From NCBI GenBank assembly GCA_030141605.1, contig JAQGDQ010000011.1:300441-364440 (forward strand): a DNA stretch of 64,000 bases, written 5' to 3'. The DNA comes from Tubiluchus corallicola (lineage: Eukaryota > Animalia > Priapulida). Under the pieces are notes generated by a model that was not told the DNA's origin, did not search any database, and saw only the letters and a list, made by a program, of their open reading frames with translations. The translations under genes and the position numbers were made by a program. Shown piece after piece: positions 12,157 through 23,303 of this stretch. The stretch's first letter is position 1. Every line of letters begins with the position of its first letter.

Positions 12157-13350
12157 AAATTTTTATGTTAAACTCGAAAGAAAGGAAATGTGGAACACAG
12201 CCTGGGTTTGAACCAAGGACCTTAGGCTATTATGGCCGATGCTATAACCACTAGTCAAAAGTCATATAATAGAGATTAGTCGTGATTCCACAAACGGTCA
12301 TAGACATTTCATTCGAGAATTACTGGCTTCTAGTGGTCAATATTTAAAATTATGTAAAAATTATAATTCACGTACTATTGATTACGGTAGTATACCACTG
12401 AATATCCTTGAGTACAAAAAACAGGATATTGAGCATTTTATAACACACCTATGGAAAAATAGATGCCGTACTCGCTACCAATGCCAGGAGTTATCTATTC
12501 TTCCTGAAAATGTATTTTTAACTCCACTAGACCTTCCTTTTCAAACAAGTAGCAGAAGGCTAGAAAAACTATCTTGTAGCATTTTATTAGGACAAGGCAA
12601 CTTTAAAGATTTTCTTTTTAAAATTGGATATATACACGAAAATGCCTGTATATGCTCAGAGGAAGCACAAACAGTTGAACATTTGCTTTTTAATTGTACC
12701 GTGGTAGACGAAAATAAAAGATTAGCGCTCGCAAATAGCCTACAATTTCAAAACATTAGTAAAATTTATACCTCTCTAGACAAAAACCTGCTAAATGCTT
12801 TCACTGAGTTAGTTTGTGATACGTTTTTACTAACTTTAGTATAAAATATTGAACTTTTATATTATATCTGTCACTTTTATATTATACAGGTCGTTTTGTG
12901 TAAATTTGTGTAAATTGGTACTATTATGATTTTAGTTGTTCTTTTATTGGTATATTGATTTATTGGTATTTAAAAGTCTTGCGAATATAACAGCTATTTT
13001 AATTACAAAGTTTTTTTTAACCATACCCTGCAAATAGAGGGTCCCTGTATGTATTTTATGTAAATATTTGTATATGCGTACAATTTTAAATTTTAAATAA
13101 AGAATTATAATAATAATAATAATAATAATAATATAACCACTAGCCTACCGTGTTCAACGATATTCACGGTGATCAAAGTTCATCCTTTATAGCCCATTAT
13201 TTCAGCATTTCCCATGAACTTTAGGCTGTCACAATCGCCGGTGAACATCGTGCACGGTAGCTTAGTGGTTATGGCAATGGAAGGTCACGTGTTCAAACCC
13301 AGGCTCCGACCTTTCACATTTCCTGTGTTTCAAATTTGGTATCAATATTT
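12157..13350. mobile_element. Foldback element with two outward-facing tRNA-like arms, interrupted by a LINE insertion
   Basis: Left arm ggaaatgtgg...agcctgggtttgaac...ataaccactag mirrors right arm ggtagcttagtggttat...gttcaaacccaggct...cacatttcc (A-box/B-box like). Confidence 0.7.
12255..13131 (+). mobile_element. Young 5'-truncated LINE (ORF2 C-terminus, 3' UTR, (TAA)n tail)
   Basis: 12-bp TSD TATAACCACTAG (12243-12254, 13132-13143); stop-free frame of about 195 codons ending at TAA 12842-12844 with GQGNFKDFLFKIG...CICSEEAQTVEHLLFNC knuckle; AATAAA then (TAA)n. Confidence 0.9.
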
Positions 13351-14656
13351 AATCAACTATGGGTTTGTAACATCATTAATGATAATCTTGGCATTAAGAT
13401 AAGTAATTATAAATGTCATAAATAATATTATTACATATAATTGAATGTATATTATATTTTTGAACATCTTGTTCAGCACCTGCAGCTACATATAGTGAGA
13501 TGTAGTGCAAAGCGTCAACTGCCTCGTTTTTAGTTCAAAAACTTATTGCTAAAGCTGAAAAGATGAATTATCTAAAGTTACTGTGGCGTATTGAATAATA
13601 AAATTTCTGCTGTTACACCCAGTTCACTTCCATATGGGCACTTTTGAGTCAGACAGAAAGACCACTATGTGATTTATTAACTTAGAAGTTAAAACGAGGT
13701 TAATTTATATTTAAACGTGTTGTTCTATTTGGAAAAAAAATATTTCAGCAAAATTTGATGTTTACAAGCACGTTTTCAGGGGGGTTTAACGTACCTCATT
13801 TGGAATTATTTAAACAGCCACTAATAATTAATTCCGTGATAGAGCTCTCTCTCTCTCTCTCAACTGACTTTAGATGAGCTTCTTACAGTTAACTTTCAAA
13901 CGGTGCTCTTGTAGAAATAATCCGTAGAGGCAAAATAAAAAAAAGCATTCGATAAAAAGAAAACGAAAATACGTTTCAATTCACAATTATGAACGGTCTT
14001 CAGGCGAAATAGTAGAAAAAGGATGGAGAAAGCGCAAATAACATTAAACACTTAGTACACAAAAAGTGACATTATCTGCATTCTTATTCTTTTTTCCTTT
14101 CACTGCATGGTGGACTGAAACATCGCTCCTTTTTGTTTCTTTATTGTGGGTATTTTTATCAATATTCCCAATTTTTGCAGTAAAGGTCATCGTCGCGTTA
14201 ATGCCGTAAACTTTGACAAAAAAGAAATGCCACGTTAACACAACTTTGACTAAATTATCCTTTCAGATAAATTTTCGAAATTATAAATGAAAATTTACAA
14301 TTTTCTGGGCCCCTATGTAGCAGTAAGTTGTCAAATGGATTTATTTGACGCAAACCCGTGATGTTAACCTAGTGATTCCACGCGTTTGCATTTTTCTCTC
14401 TTCTTAGTATCTCTTTGAAAAGCCGTCAATGTACCATTAACTAATGATAATGTATTGTTACACTCATTGCCTAGGGTTAACTCTGCTATACGAGAGTTTT
14501 TAACAGTTGGTGGTGTGGTGATGATAATGATGATGATAATAATGATGACAATGATAAAGTTCTGTTTAGTTTGAACAGATAAACACACACAACATACATA
14601 CGATTCTTATATTGTGTGGTGTAATGAAGCATCAAATTGCTAATTGTGCTGTGTTT

Positions 14657-15062
14657 TATTAGCCTTTTCACAGTTTCGTTGTGCGCACGCACAGTTGCTG
14701 TAAGTCAAAGGTTAAGCGTACCATAGTAGCGCGTCTTTAATAACTACAACCGTCACGTGACATGTGTGTAAAGCAAACCGTCTGCAGTATCAGTTCACTA
14801 ACTTCAGTTGTTTTAGGTGGGCTTTGCTTAATTATGTATTAGTCCGTGCGCAGAGTGATTAACTAGCAGGATCTTGCTTGGGAACAAGAAAAAATGAACT
14901 AGATAAGGTTCTAGCTAGGTGTTAAAACATATTAAAACTGTTACTATTACGATAGCATGGGCTGCGAGGCGTTGTCAAGTCTACACAAATTCGTTGTCTG
15001 GTACACTTAACCTTTGACCTTTTCGCGATCATCATCAATCGCTGAAACTGTGAAGGCTTAAT
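14657..15062 (-). mobile_element. MITE, inverted copy of 11738-12060 with about 80 extra bp
   Basis: Colinear reverse complement (e.g. cttgcttgggaacaagaaaaaatgaactagataag vs cttatctagttcattatttcttgttccaagcaag). Confidence 0.8.
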
Positions 15063-18000
15063 AGAATAATACTTAAAAATATATTTAAGTGAAGAAACTT
15101 CAGAAAGTCATAATTTCTGGGTAATAATAAACCACACGGGTTTTTCGTTTCATATGATTGCTGAATCAGAAGAGCACGTAGACGTGGAACGTCCTTTTAA
15201 GTTTTAACTTGGCTGTGGTCACTAAGCTGCAGCTGATATTTATTTGTAAACCTACATAGTCAGGAGATAATACTGACATGCGTGTTTGTATTTGTGAAAG
15301 TGGTAATGCCCTAAATAACTGCGCGCCCAAGCTGATGTTAGTGTGGCCAGGGTGTGATGAGCACTCTTTCTAATCCTTGAAAGACTCGGTTCTGCATTGC
15401 GGGGAAGAATTCACTAACATTATCAGAGTCAGGTCTAGAAACCAGATAATTCTACACAGTTAGGCCTATGAAACAGCCTCTGCCAATCAAAGCAGAGGGC
15501 CATTTTGACTTCCCTTCTCTGTTATAAATCAGAGGGCAATTTTGATATTAAAATGGGTGTCCGTTCGTCCTAAGGTTCAAAAAGCTCGTGTATTTGGTAT
15601 TGCCAGATACATAAAAACTAAAACTTAGTGTAGTTCAAAATACCTTTGCTGGTGTTTGAAAAATGAGAAAATCTTTCTGTGCATCGACCCTAGTGATGTT
15701 TAGCCAGCTTCACAATCCAAACTTCGATTTCTCAGACTTGATGTCTGTTCAATAAAGAAGTCTGGCGCTCTCACTGCAGTTCGGAAATAAAGCTGTTCCC
15801 TATTTTCGTTGATTTTATCTACAGTTTAGTCTTCTAAGCAAGAAAAGTAGACATGAACTGACCAAAGAACCGATATGCAGAAAGACCTAGCTCTGAATCT
15901 TGCTTGATAATCGGACTCTAGATGCAGCAGTCGGCTTGCATAATGAATGATGCATTCCTCGTCCACCATTAAGCAGTTAATTTAGCTATTCTAGCAGCAA
16001 GGGGTCCCAGAAACACGAATTTACCAAACTAAATCGTGCTTCTAGGCTGCTTAACTCGAGGATGCTTGTTGTGCTCAGAGTCAGCGAGAAATTTGAGAAA
16101 AGCCAAATATCTAAATGAGCTGCAGACGGTAATTTGTGGCAATGTGCAAAACCTTTCGCAGGGAACAAATGGCTTTGGCGGTGTGAAATGTTTTGAAGTA
16201 GAGACGGGCATTGATTGACTTTGTCTAGTTGGGAAAACATCGTCCACTTTATATTAATGCAAATTATTTAGAGAGTGTTATTTGGTTAGTTCTACCCTCA
16301 AGTAATTCCAACCATGATTAGAATCGATGCTTAAATTGTTGCTGTAAGCGGCTATGGCAAACGCTGCATTTTGTCAATTATTTGGCTTCCCCATACACAA
16401 TATTACTTGAATATCTTATTATTTTAGGTCTGTTTTTAAATATTCACAAGCCGACTGCGCATGCGTGCGCATGGAAACTAGTGAGGCTTTTGTCTTCATC
16501 AGGTGAGTTAAAGGGGAAGAAAAGGGAATTTTAAAGTATATACCAAAACCTTTTCAATACGAAATTATATTACTTAGCATTAGGCTTACTTGTTTGAAAG
16601 ACTTACACGTAACTGGAAAACAAATTCTTAATAATTTTAAATGTTTGCGCCACCTGGTAAAACGTCGCTGAATAACCATCCCAGTGTGCACCAGTGACTC
16701 ACCAAAAACAGTTTGTCTATTGTACTGACAATAAAAATAAATTTATATTTTTGCTTAGTTAACGAAGAGTGTGCTATAAATGCTCTGATTATTTTTTCAG
16801 ACTTTAAGCAATGTTATCTAAACTTGTCATCATCGCGGGAGTTTAAATTTACTGCGTAGTTACTGCCAATGCAAGCTCTATGTGCAATAAGTCAGTATGG
16901 AAGTGACCTAAAATTTCAAGTTGTATTTATGAAAAGTGTTTTCTTGTCCATTAATAGATGTTTTTGCCTCATAGAATTGTAGTCAAATAGAAGTGACATT
17001 CAAAATCTGTGAAAGTCAATTTCTTATCATATTGAGAAACCGTTCTGTCGACTACATTTCTTCTCATTAATAATGATACTAAATTTATTTATGAAAATAG
17101 ATTGTTAGGTAGCTGGAGGATGGCTTCGTTTAGACTCCATAGAGATCAAATAGAATGTATGTAGCTCTGTGAAAAAGAAACTGGACACCTTCCTCTTCCT
17201 CTAACTTCAGTTTAAAAACAGCTCCATCGCCAGATAAAGATTTCCTCTCTCTGTGTGTGTGTGTGTGTAAAAATGTAAGGCTGCTGAGATTGTCTTTCAA
17301 CAGAAAAGTGCACGCCACTTAGTTTAACCCTCCATTCTCTTGCCAAAAACTTAGCAGATCTCTCTCTCTTTCTTGTTATTCGAGGGTCTTCCTTTTATTT
17401 TTAGTTCAGATCGGTTGCAAGAACTTGTTCACACGAAATCTTTGGCTCTCAGGGCCAACCCTGAATGATTTAGACAGTTAGGTTAAACGAGTTAGCGTTA
17501 TTGTTTAGATAGAGACTTCATAATTTTCATAGGCTAGCAATAGGCGTATTGGATGTGATCCCCTGGGTGTTGTTTTCGATGTTTAAAGGGTTATTGTGTG
17601 CGAGCTCTCCCTGCATGCTGCATACATTCCCAGCTGTTCCTGTATTCAAAACTGTCAACTCGAGCCGTTCTAGCTCGTTTTCAATTTGGTAACAGACGTG
17701 CTGTATTGCAATTTCATGAACAACAAATTTCAAACGTGTCAGCAATTTCACACGTGTTTTCTATGATTGTGAGGAACATTTCAGTAGTTACTGTTTGATT
17801 GAGTACTGAGTCTATTGACTATTATCTCTGAAGCTAACAAAATTTTGTTCATTGCATTTTCTTGCTTAGCAGAAGTTATTTTTCCACTTAGCACGTAGCA
17901 GCTTTGTAATTTGGCCCCTCCTGCAGTAAATGTGTCAAAAATTAGTTGCAATTTATTGCATCACTAAGTTTGTCACGTGTGTTCTTAATAATTGTAACGT

Positions 18001-18536
18001 GTTATAATTATTTTGGCTTTTAGCGGTTGTGGTTCAATGACTAATTGTGCAGAGAACAAAGTGGCGGTTTTTAATGGCTTTTAAAAATATAGCAAATGAT
18101 AGACATATAGTCATCTGATGCAGACGTTTAAGTTTAGAAGGTTAAAGGCCAAGTTTTAGGTCCAAAGTGAAAAGACAAAGTTCGAATTAGTAGAGTAATT
18201 TGTCGTTACGAGTTAAATATGATAAATATGTTACGGAAAAGCTTCGAGTATGGTTTCTAAATGTGATTGAAAAACCGTTTCACCTGACATGCGTCTCAGA
18301 TGTGCTTAGACAGAAACCTTTTGCCTTTTATGCATATTCGTAGAAGGTGTTATATTTTGAAATAAAGATGTAAATTCAAATAATTGTTTTTGCAAGTCAT
18401 TGCTTATCATGGTGACTTAATGTATATATCGTCTTCCTTCAAATTGTGGAACGACCATTTTATTATAGCGCATGCACGTAATTCGGAAATTTCTTAATTA
18501 TTTCGCATTCTTTTTAAAATTTTAATAACCTTAATT

Positions 18537-18537
<1 letters not shown>

Positions 18538-18572
<35 letters not shown>

Positions 18573-18826
18573 TTCATTTAAAGTCGGCTTGTTGGATGAG
18601 CAATTACATAAGCTCCAAAGAGCTTTTGGGCCAACTGTAAATAACAATCTACAGCTACTTAGAAGAGTCTATTATTACCCCACTTTTAGCTTAAGTGGGG
18701 CTTAGTACGCGCCAGGCAAGGCAACAGCAGGTACCATTTTTAAAGTCTTTGGTATGACCCCGCCGCAGTATCGAACTTACGACCTCCCAGACGGAAAGCG
18801 GACGCGTTACCACTGGACCAAACCGT
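18538..18826 (-). mobile_element. tRNA-derived SINE, central domain resembling the Meta-SINE domain
   Basis: Minus strand: tggtccagtggtaa (A box)...gttcgatac (B box), then gtcataccaaagactttaaaaatggtacctgctg, and a (TTA)n tail. Confidence 0.8.
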
Positions 18827-20729
18827 CTAGCAGTAAAACTGGAAGTTAATAGAACTCACTCACTAGAAGTGTCAATATGTCAGTGTTGTAGAAGAATTCA
18901 TTGAAATTGACTATATTCACAGTTAACATCATCCTCGTCTTTGGCAGCTTAAATGGCGTCCTTAGCGATTGCTGTTTATGCAATGTAAAGATCGAAGATG
19001 TTACAAAGCGATTTAACGAAACAGCATAAGTCTGTTGGTTCATATGATGATTGTGGTTTGATTGCATACCCATTTTTAAAGACTAAACCTGAGCTTTGCA
19101 TTAAAGTGACCGATGTAATAGATTGAACTCTAGCACCTAGTCGGTCAGAGAACTCTCTTAATTCAAGGTTACTAAGTTCTTTTGAGAAAATGATCCTCCC
19201 ACCTTTATCAGCTTATGGATCTTCTACTAACAAGCGACCATGTGCGGTCGCATAAGTTTCTGCTAAAATCCTGCTTACGCAAGAAACCAATGAAAATGAT
19301 ATTGTTTCCTGTTTGGCTTCTCATTGCCTCGGCTGCAACGACGGGAGGTCCTTTGGTAGGACGAGATGAGACTTCCGTCTGTATCCCGGTTGCTCAACCT
19401 TCTCTTCTTTGTTAGTTCTACACGTTAACGTAGTCATAACAAACTCCGCGGTAGCTAATGAAGTTTTTCGGGTCTTAGTGAAATTTTCCAGATCTGGTAG
19501 CTGATTGGAATTTCAGGAAAGAGTTCAAGCTTTAAGGTAAAGGTATATGACGTCATCATTCACAGTAAAAGTACTTCTGTTTACAAGCTTCGAACAATGT
19601 AACTTCCTTTTCACATTTTAGGAGAGTTTCACAGTCCCTAAACCTGAAACGTTTATGTAATTACTTTATTAATAAAACATCACAACTTGCAGTGTGAGAA
19701 GGTTTACTCGAGATTCATTAGATTACATTAGTTAAAACTTTGAAAAAAAGACAGTTTAAACGCCAGGGTTCACTGACGAAAGTCTCTGCGCATATTGGCT
19801 TATTAACTTACTAAGGCAGCTTACTCTGGGCCGGCGTCTGTCCCAGAAACAGTTCAGTCAAACCAGTTTCAATCTAACTTAGAACGCGGAAGGTGACAAG
19901 GTGTTCCCCGAAAACAGTCGTATCCTTTGATAATTTAGTTTGGCAAGCCGGTTGGCAATTTATTCTTTACACGTGTAAGTTCATATAACCTGCATCTTCT
20001 TTGTCTTTCGTCCGGATTTAGTACAAGTTTTGGGACAAAAAATACAGTTCCGCTGCAATGTTCTGGCATCAAGCAGGAGGAAAATGATTTACGTTTTCTA
20101 CAAGTGCAAAGTAATATATTGATATAAAACACATGGGGCAATTTAAATTTAGCTTTTTTACCAAACCCTCCCTTTTTTATCAAGTGGTTTTTAAGTCTTG
20201 CATTATAAGGATCTTAATCTGTCTGACTTGCTAGCTAATTCATTAGCTGTGGAACATTCTCCCTGTCTGGAAGGCTGGCTAAAGCTTGTGGGTGGTTGAT
20301 CTAACGAGTCCCAAACTGGACATTCGTCTGGATTTAGTATAGGCTGTGTTTACAGGCCAACTGTGAGCATCTCCTACTAACAGCGAGTAAATATTTAAAC
20401 TGCTCCCGGGATCCCATCTGTTTGCGGGGTTTTTAAAAGGGTTAAAGGGAAATCTGGTCCGTGGAATGTGAAAGCGATTCCATTGACGTTAGCGACAGCT
20501 GTGAGGGTCCCTTGATGTGCAGAAGGTCTTGTATGTGTGATCTGAGTTTGTTTTGATATCTTATTTTCAGTAAAACTGGACTCTGCTTTTTTGTTTGGTT
20601 TTTATTATGAAAGACATTTGGTTTCATTTGTTACGTAGAACCCAAACATTTTGTTTGTTTTCGAGATTGTTGACCTTATAAAGATGTGCTAGTGTGAGAG
20701 AAATAGTTGATCGTTCACATTATACGCTT

Positions 20730-20830
20730 AGCGACCGAAGTTAAGCAACGCTAACCTAGTCAGTAATTGAACAGGTAGCCACTTAATGTTGGAAAGCTGC
20801 CGGTGGCTTTATACTTCGTTCTGAGAATGT
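20730..20830 (+). mobile_element. Decayed 5S-rRNA-derived segment (SINE3-like)
   Basis: accgaagttaagcaacg...gtcagtaattg; downstream tatacttcgttctgagaatgtg resembles 10040-10068. Confidence 0.55.
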
Positions 20831-22199
20831 GGATACTTCTTCGTGGGTTGACTGTCTTATTTCACAGGTTACACTTAATAGTGTGTTGTGATTACGTTAT
20901 GCCAGCACCATCGGCAGGCAGCAAAGCACGCGGACAAATAGACCCTGTCCTTAGTTCATGGATAAACTTGCAAAAGTACTGAGCTGCATGTTACAAAACT
21001 CGAGTTCTAAGTAATTTATGAGAATTATAACAAAGATTTGATTTCGTGTATTTTCTGCTATTAATACTTAAAAAAGTTACATAAAAGTGCAATCTTTTTA
21101 ATTGTCTACAATTCGTGTAGGCCTGAACAATACTTGAACGTCTTAACCTTTATGAACTTTGAGGAGTTTTGTTTTAGTTAATTTGTATCAGGTTGTACAA
21201 ACCGATTTAAGCGATCTGCAAAAGAGTACTGAACGACATTTAGTTGAGCAGTTGCATCGCTTTTCTCACAGTATCTAGTTTCTACTCAAATAATTTTTTG
21301 CACAGCCTGTAAAGCTACAAGCATACTGAAGCTAGTTCGCAAATTCATAAACAGTTAGAGTAACGCGAAGCAAGTTTATTCTTCAAATTCCAAGGAGCAA
21401 ATTACGGTAACTGATCTTCTGAACGAAATAATGGCTTGTAAACAATTCACGTAGGAAGTTTAAAACCCAAGTATTATAAACTCAAACTACAAAATTCCTG
21501 TAACTTGACTTGAAGCTGATATACAACAAAAACAAAGTTAATACTTTGTTTACACTTTTCTACTTCCAAATTGTTCAATTACATTAATAAGCATCAAAAC
21601 TCTTACGTTACCATAATCTAGTTATGGACTTTCTGGTATAGGTAGATAATATGTACTAATTAACAAACAGTTTTGTGTAAGGTTATTTTCTCTTTTTTGT
21701 TAACACTGTTAACACGGCGCAAATAATTTGTTTTATATACCAGCATATTCCTACATAAACGCTAAAAATTATAGATTTCTAATTTTTTTGCGGTTCGCTT
21801 GCAGTGTTTAGTCTCTTTAAGTTTTCTATTTTGTGTGCTTGTGTATAAGGCACATAATTATATTACAGTAATTAGTAGGATTTGTGTTATACGTGCATGC
21901 ACATATTGTTTTCGTGCTTTGTTTGTCGCATTTTGATCTAAATATGCTGTTTTTGTTTTCTCTTTGTACAACTTTTTATGGTTATTCTAACTTGAGCGAT
22001 TAAGAATTTATTAGTGTGTTAGGAGGCTTGTTAGCTCAACAACCCTTAGGCATAACAGCAAAATTACGACACTCATAATGGTGACGTGTTTATACTTAAT
22101 TAGGTAATAATTAATGGCTATCGCCAACAATGACCTAGCAAATATTCACAGTATTATTGCGCTTTCAGCTGGCTAATTTGATTAGAAAGTGTTTACGTC

Positions 22200-22510
22200 G
22201 GTCAGTTTCAGTGTTCTTACGCGAGAAGTGATGAGCCGAAAGTTTGTTTGTTCGTTTAACACATAAACAGGGGGAGTGGAAGATACTTGATCACGTGGTG
22301 CACGCGTATCCTAGCAGCTGCTGTCCCAGTGAAGTGTACGGTACAGAGCAGACTGTAGAATGGCGGTTACTCGGTAGTGTTGTTGTTTGCTGGGGCTTCT
22401 TTCGGTTTGCCTGTGTGATTTATAATTTTTGTATGGCTAATAGTAATTGTAGTGTGCGTCATTTTAATCCGACAAAAAGGCGAATAACGGAATGATGATC
22501 AAGAATCAAG
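22200..22510 (+). promoter_or_regulatory. Candidate Kirre promoter / non-coding first exon
   Basis: Relatively CpG-rich, TCAGTT initiator-like at 22202, YY1-like AATGGCGG near 22359, donor AAG|GTATTC at 22510; the exon at 30972 has an acceptor and so needs an upstream exon. Confidence 0.4.
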
Positions 22511-23256
22511 GTATTCTGAGTATTTTTACTTTTTTTCTACCATTTTTGATTGCTCTGTGCGAGACTTTTAGCTTCTGTTGAAAAGTTGCGGTATTATCGA
22601 AAACACGAAACTTTTATTGAGATTTATTGCTTAATGGTGATTATTTGTATAATTACGAGTTCTCGCTGAAAAGTATAAATCATTCAGTTAAATAATTAGT
22701 ACACTATAATGTTCAGTTCGTGTGCAGAAAAAATAACGGTATTTTTCTGTTAGGCAAGTGAATAGTCCCGGCGACAGAGTGAATTTTTAGACCAAAGTTA
22801 TTGTGGTATAGTAATTAAGTGAGCTGTGAGCAGGAACAGTTTAGAAAGAACCTAATAAATAAATAAATAAATTATTTGTCATTTGAAGCCAATTAAGTGC
22901 GCATGGGCGTGGGTGTAAGTCTCAGTGTTTTGAAGTTGTGAAGTATTTTGATTAGTTCCTCGTGTTCGGGCGTCTACAGATCATGGAGGTTGTGTAAACA
23001 GCGTCAGCCATTCAGATTTTTGCTGGGAAAATGCTAGCAAGATTATTGAACATACTTTCAATGAAATCGTTATTGCATTAGCGCAGGTCGAGGTGTTTTG
23101 GCAAGCCGTAAGTTTGAAGCTAAGCGAAATAAACAACTCCAGCCTGACACAACCGCACAAGCAATTAAGCCATTGTGGGGCCCAGCGCTCAATATCAGGC
23201 CTGCTCGATGTAAACGGTTGTGGTAGATTCTAAGATGAGACATTCAGTTGGTAGAA

Positions 23257-23303
23257 GCAGTCACCAATCCATTGCTTGAGCAGGCTATGGATTGCTTAAC
23301 TTC
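23257..23303 (-). mobile_element. Decayed 5S-rRNA-derived segment
   Basis: gcagtcaccaatcca...ttgcttaacttc matches reverse-complement 5S spacing. Confidence 0.5.

Noticed and set aside
13255-13305. Functional tRNA gene
   Set aside because: Too short between A and B boxes, no anticodon arm or acceptor stem; other tRNA-like segments also fail to form a cloverleaf.
16480-16505. Minus-strand CCTGATGAAGAC as a hammerhead ribozyme core (also CTGATGA near 34330)
   Set aside because: No properly placed stem II plus GAAA or closing stems.
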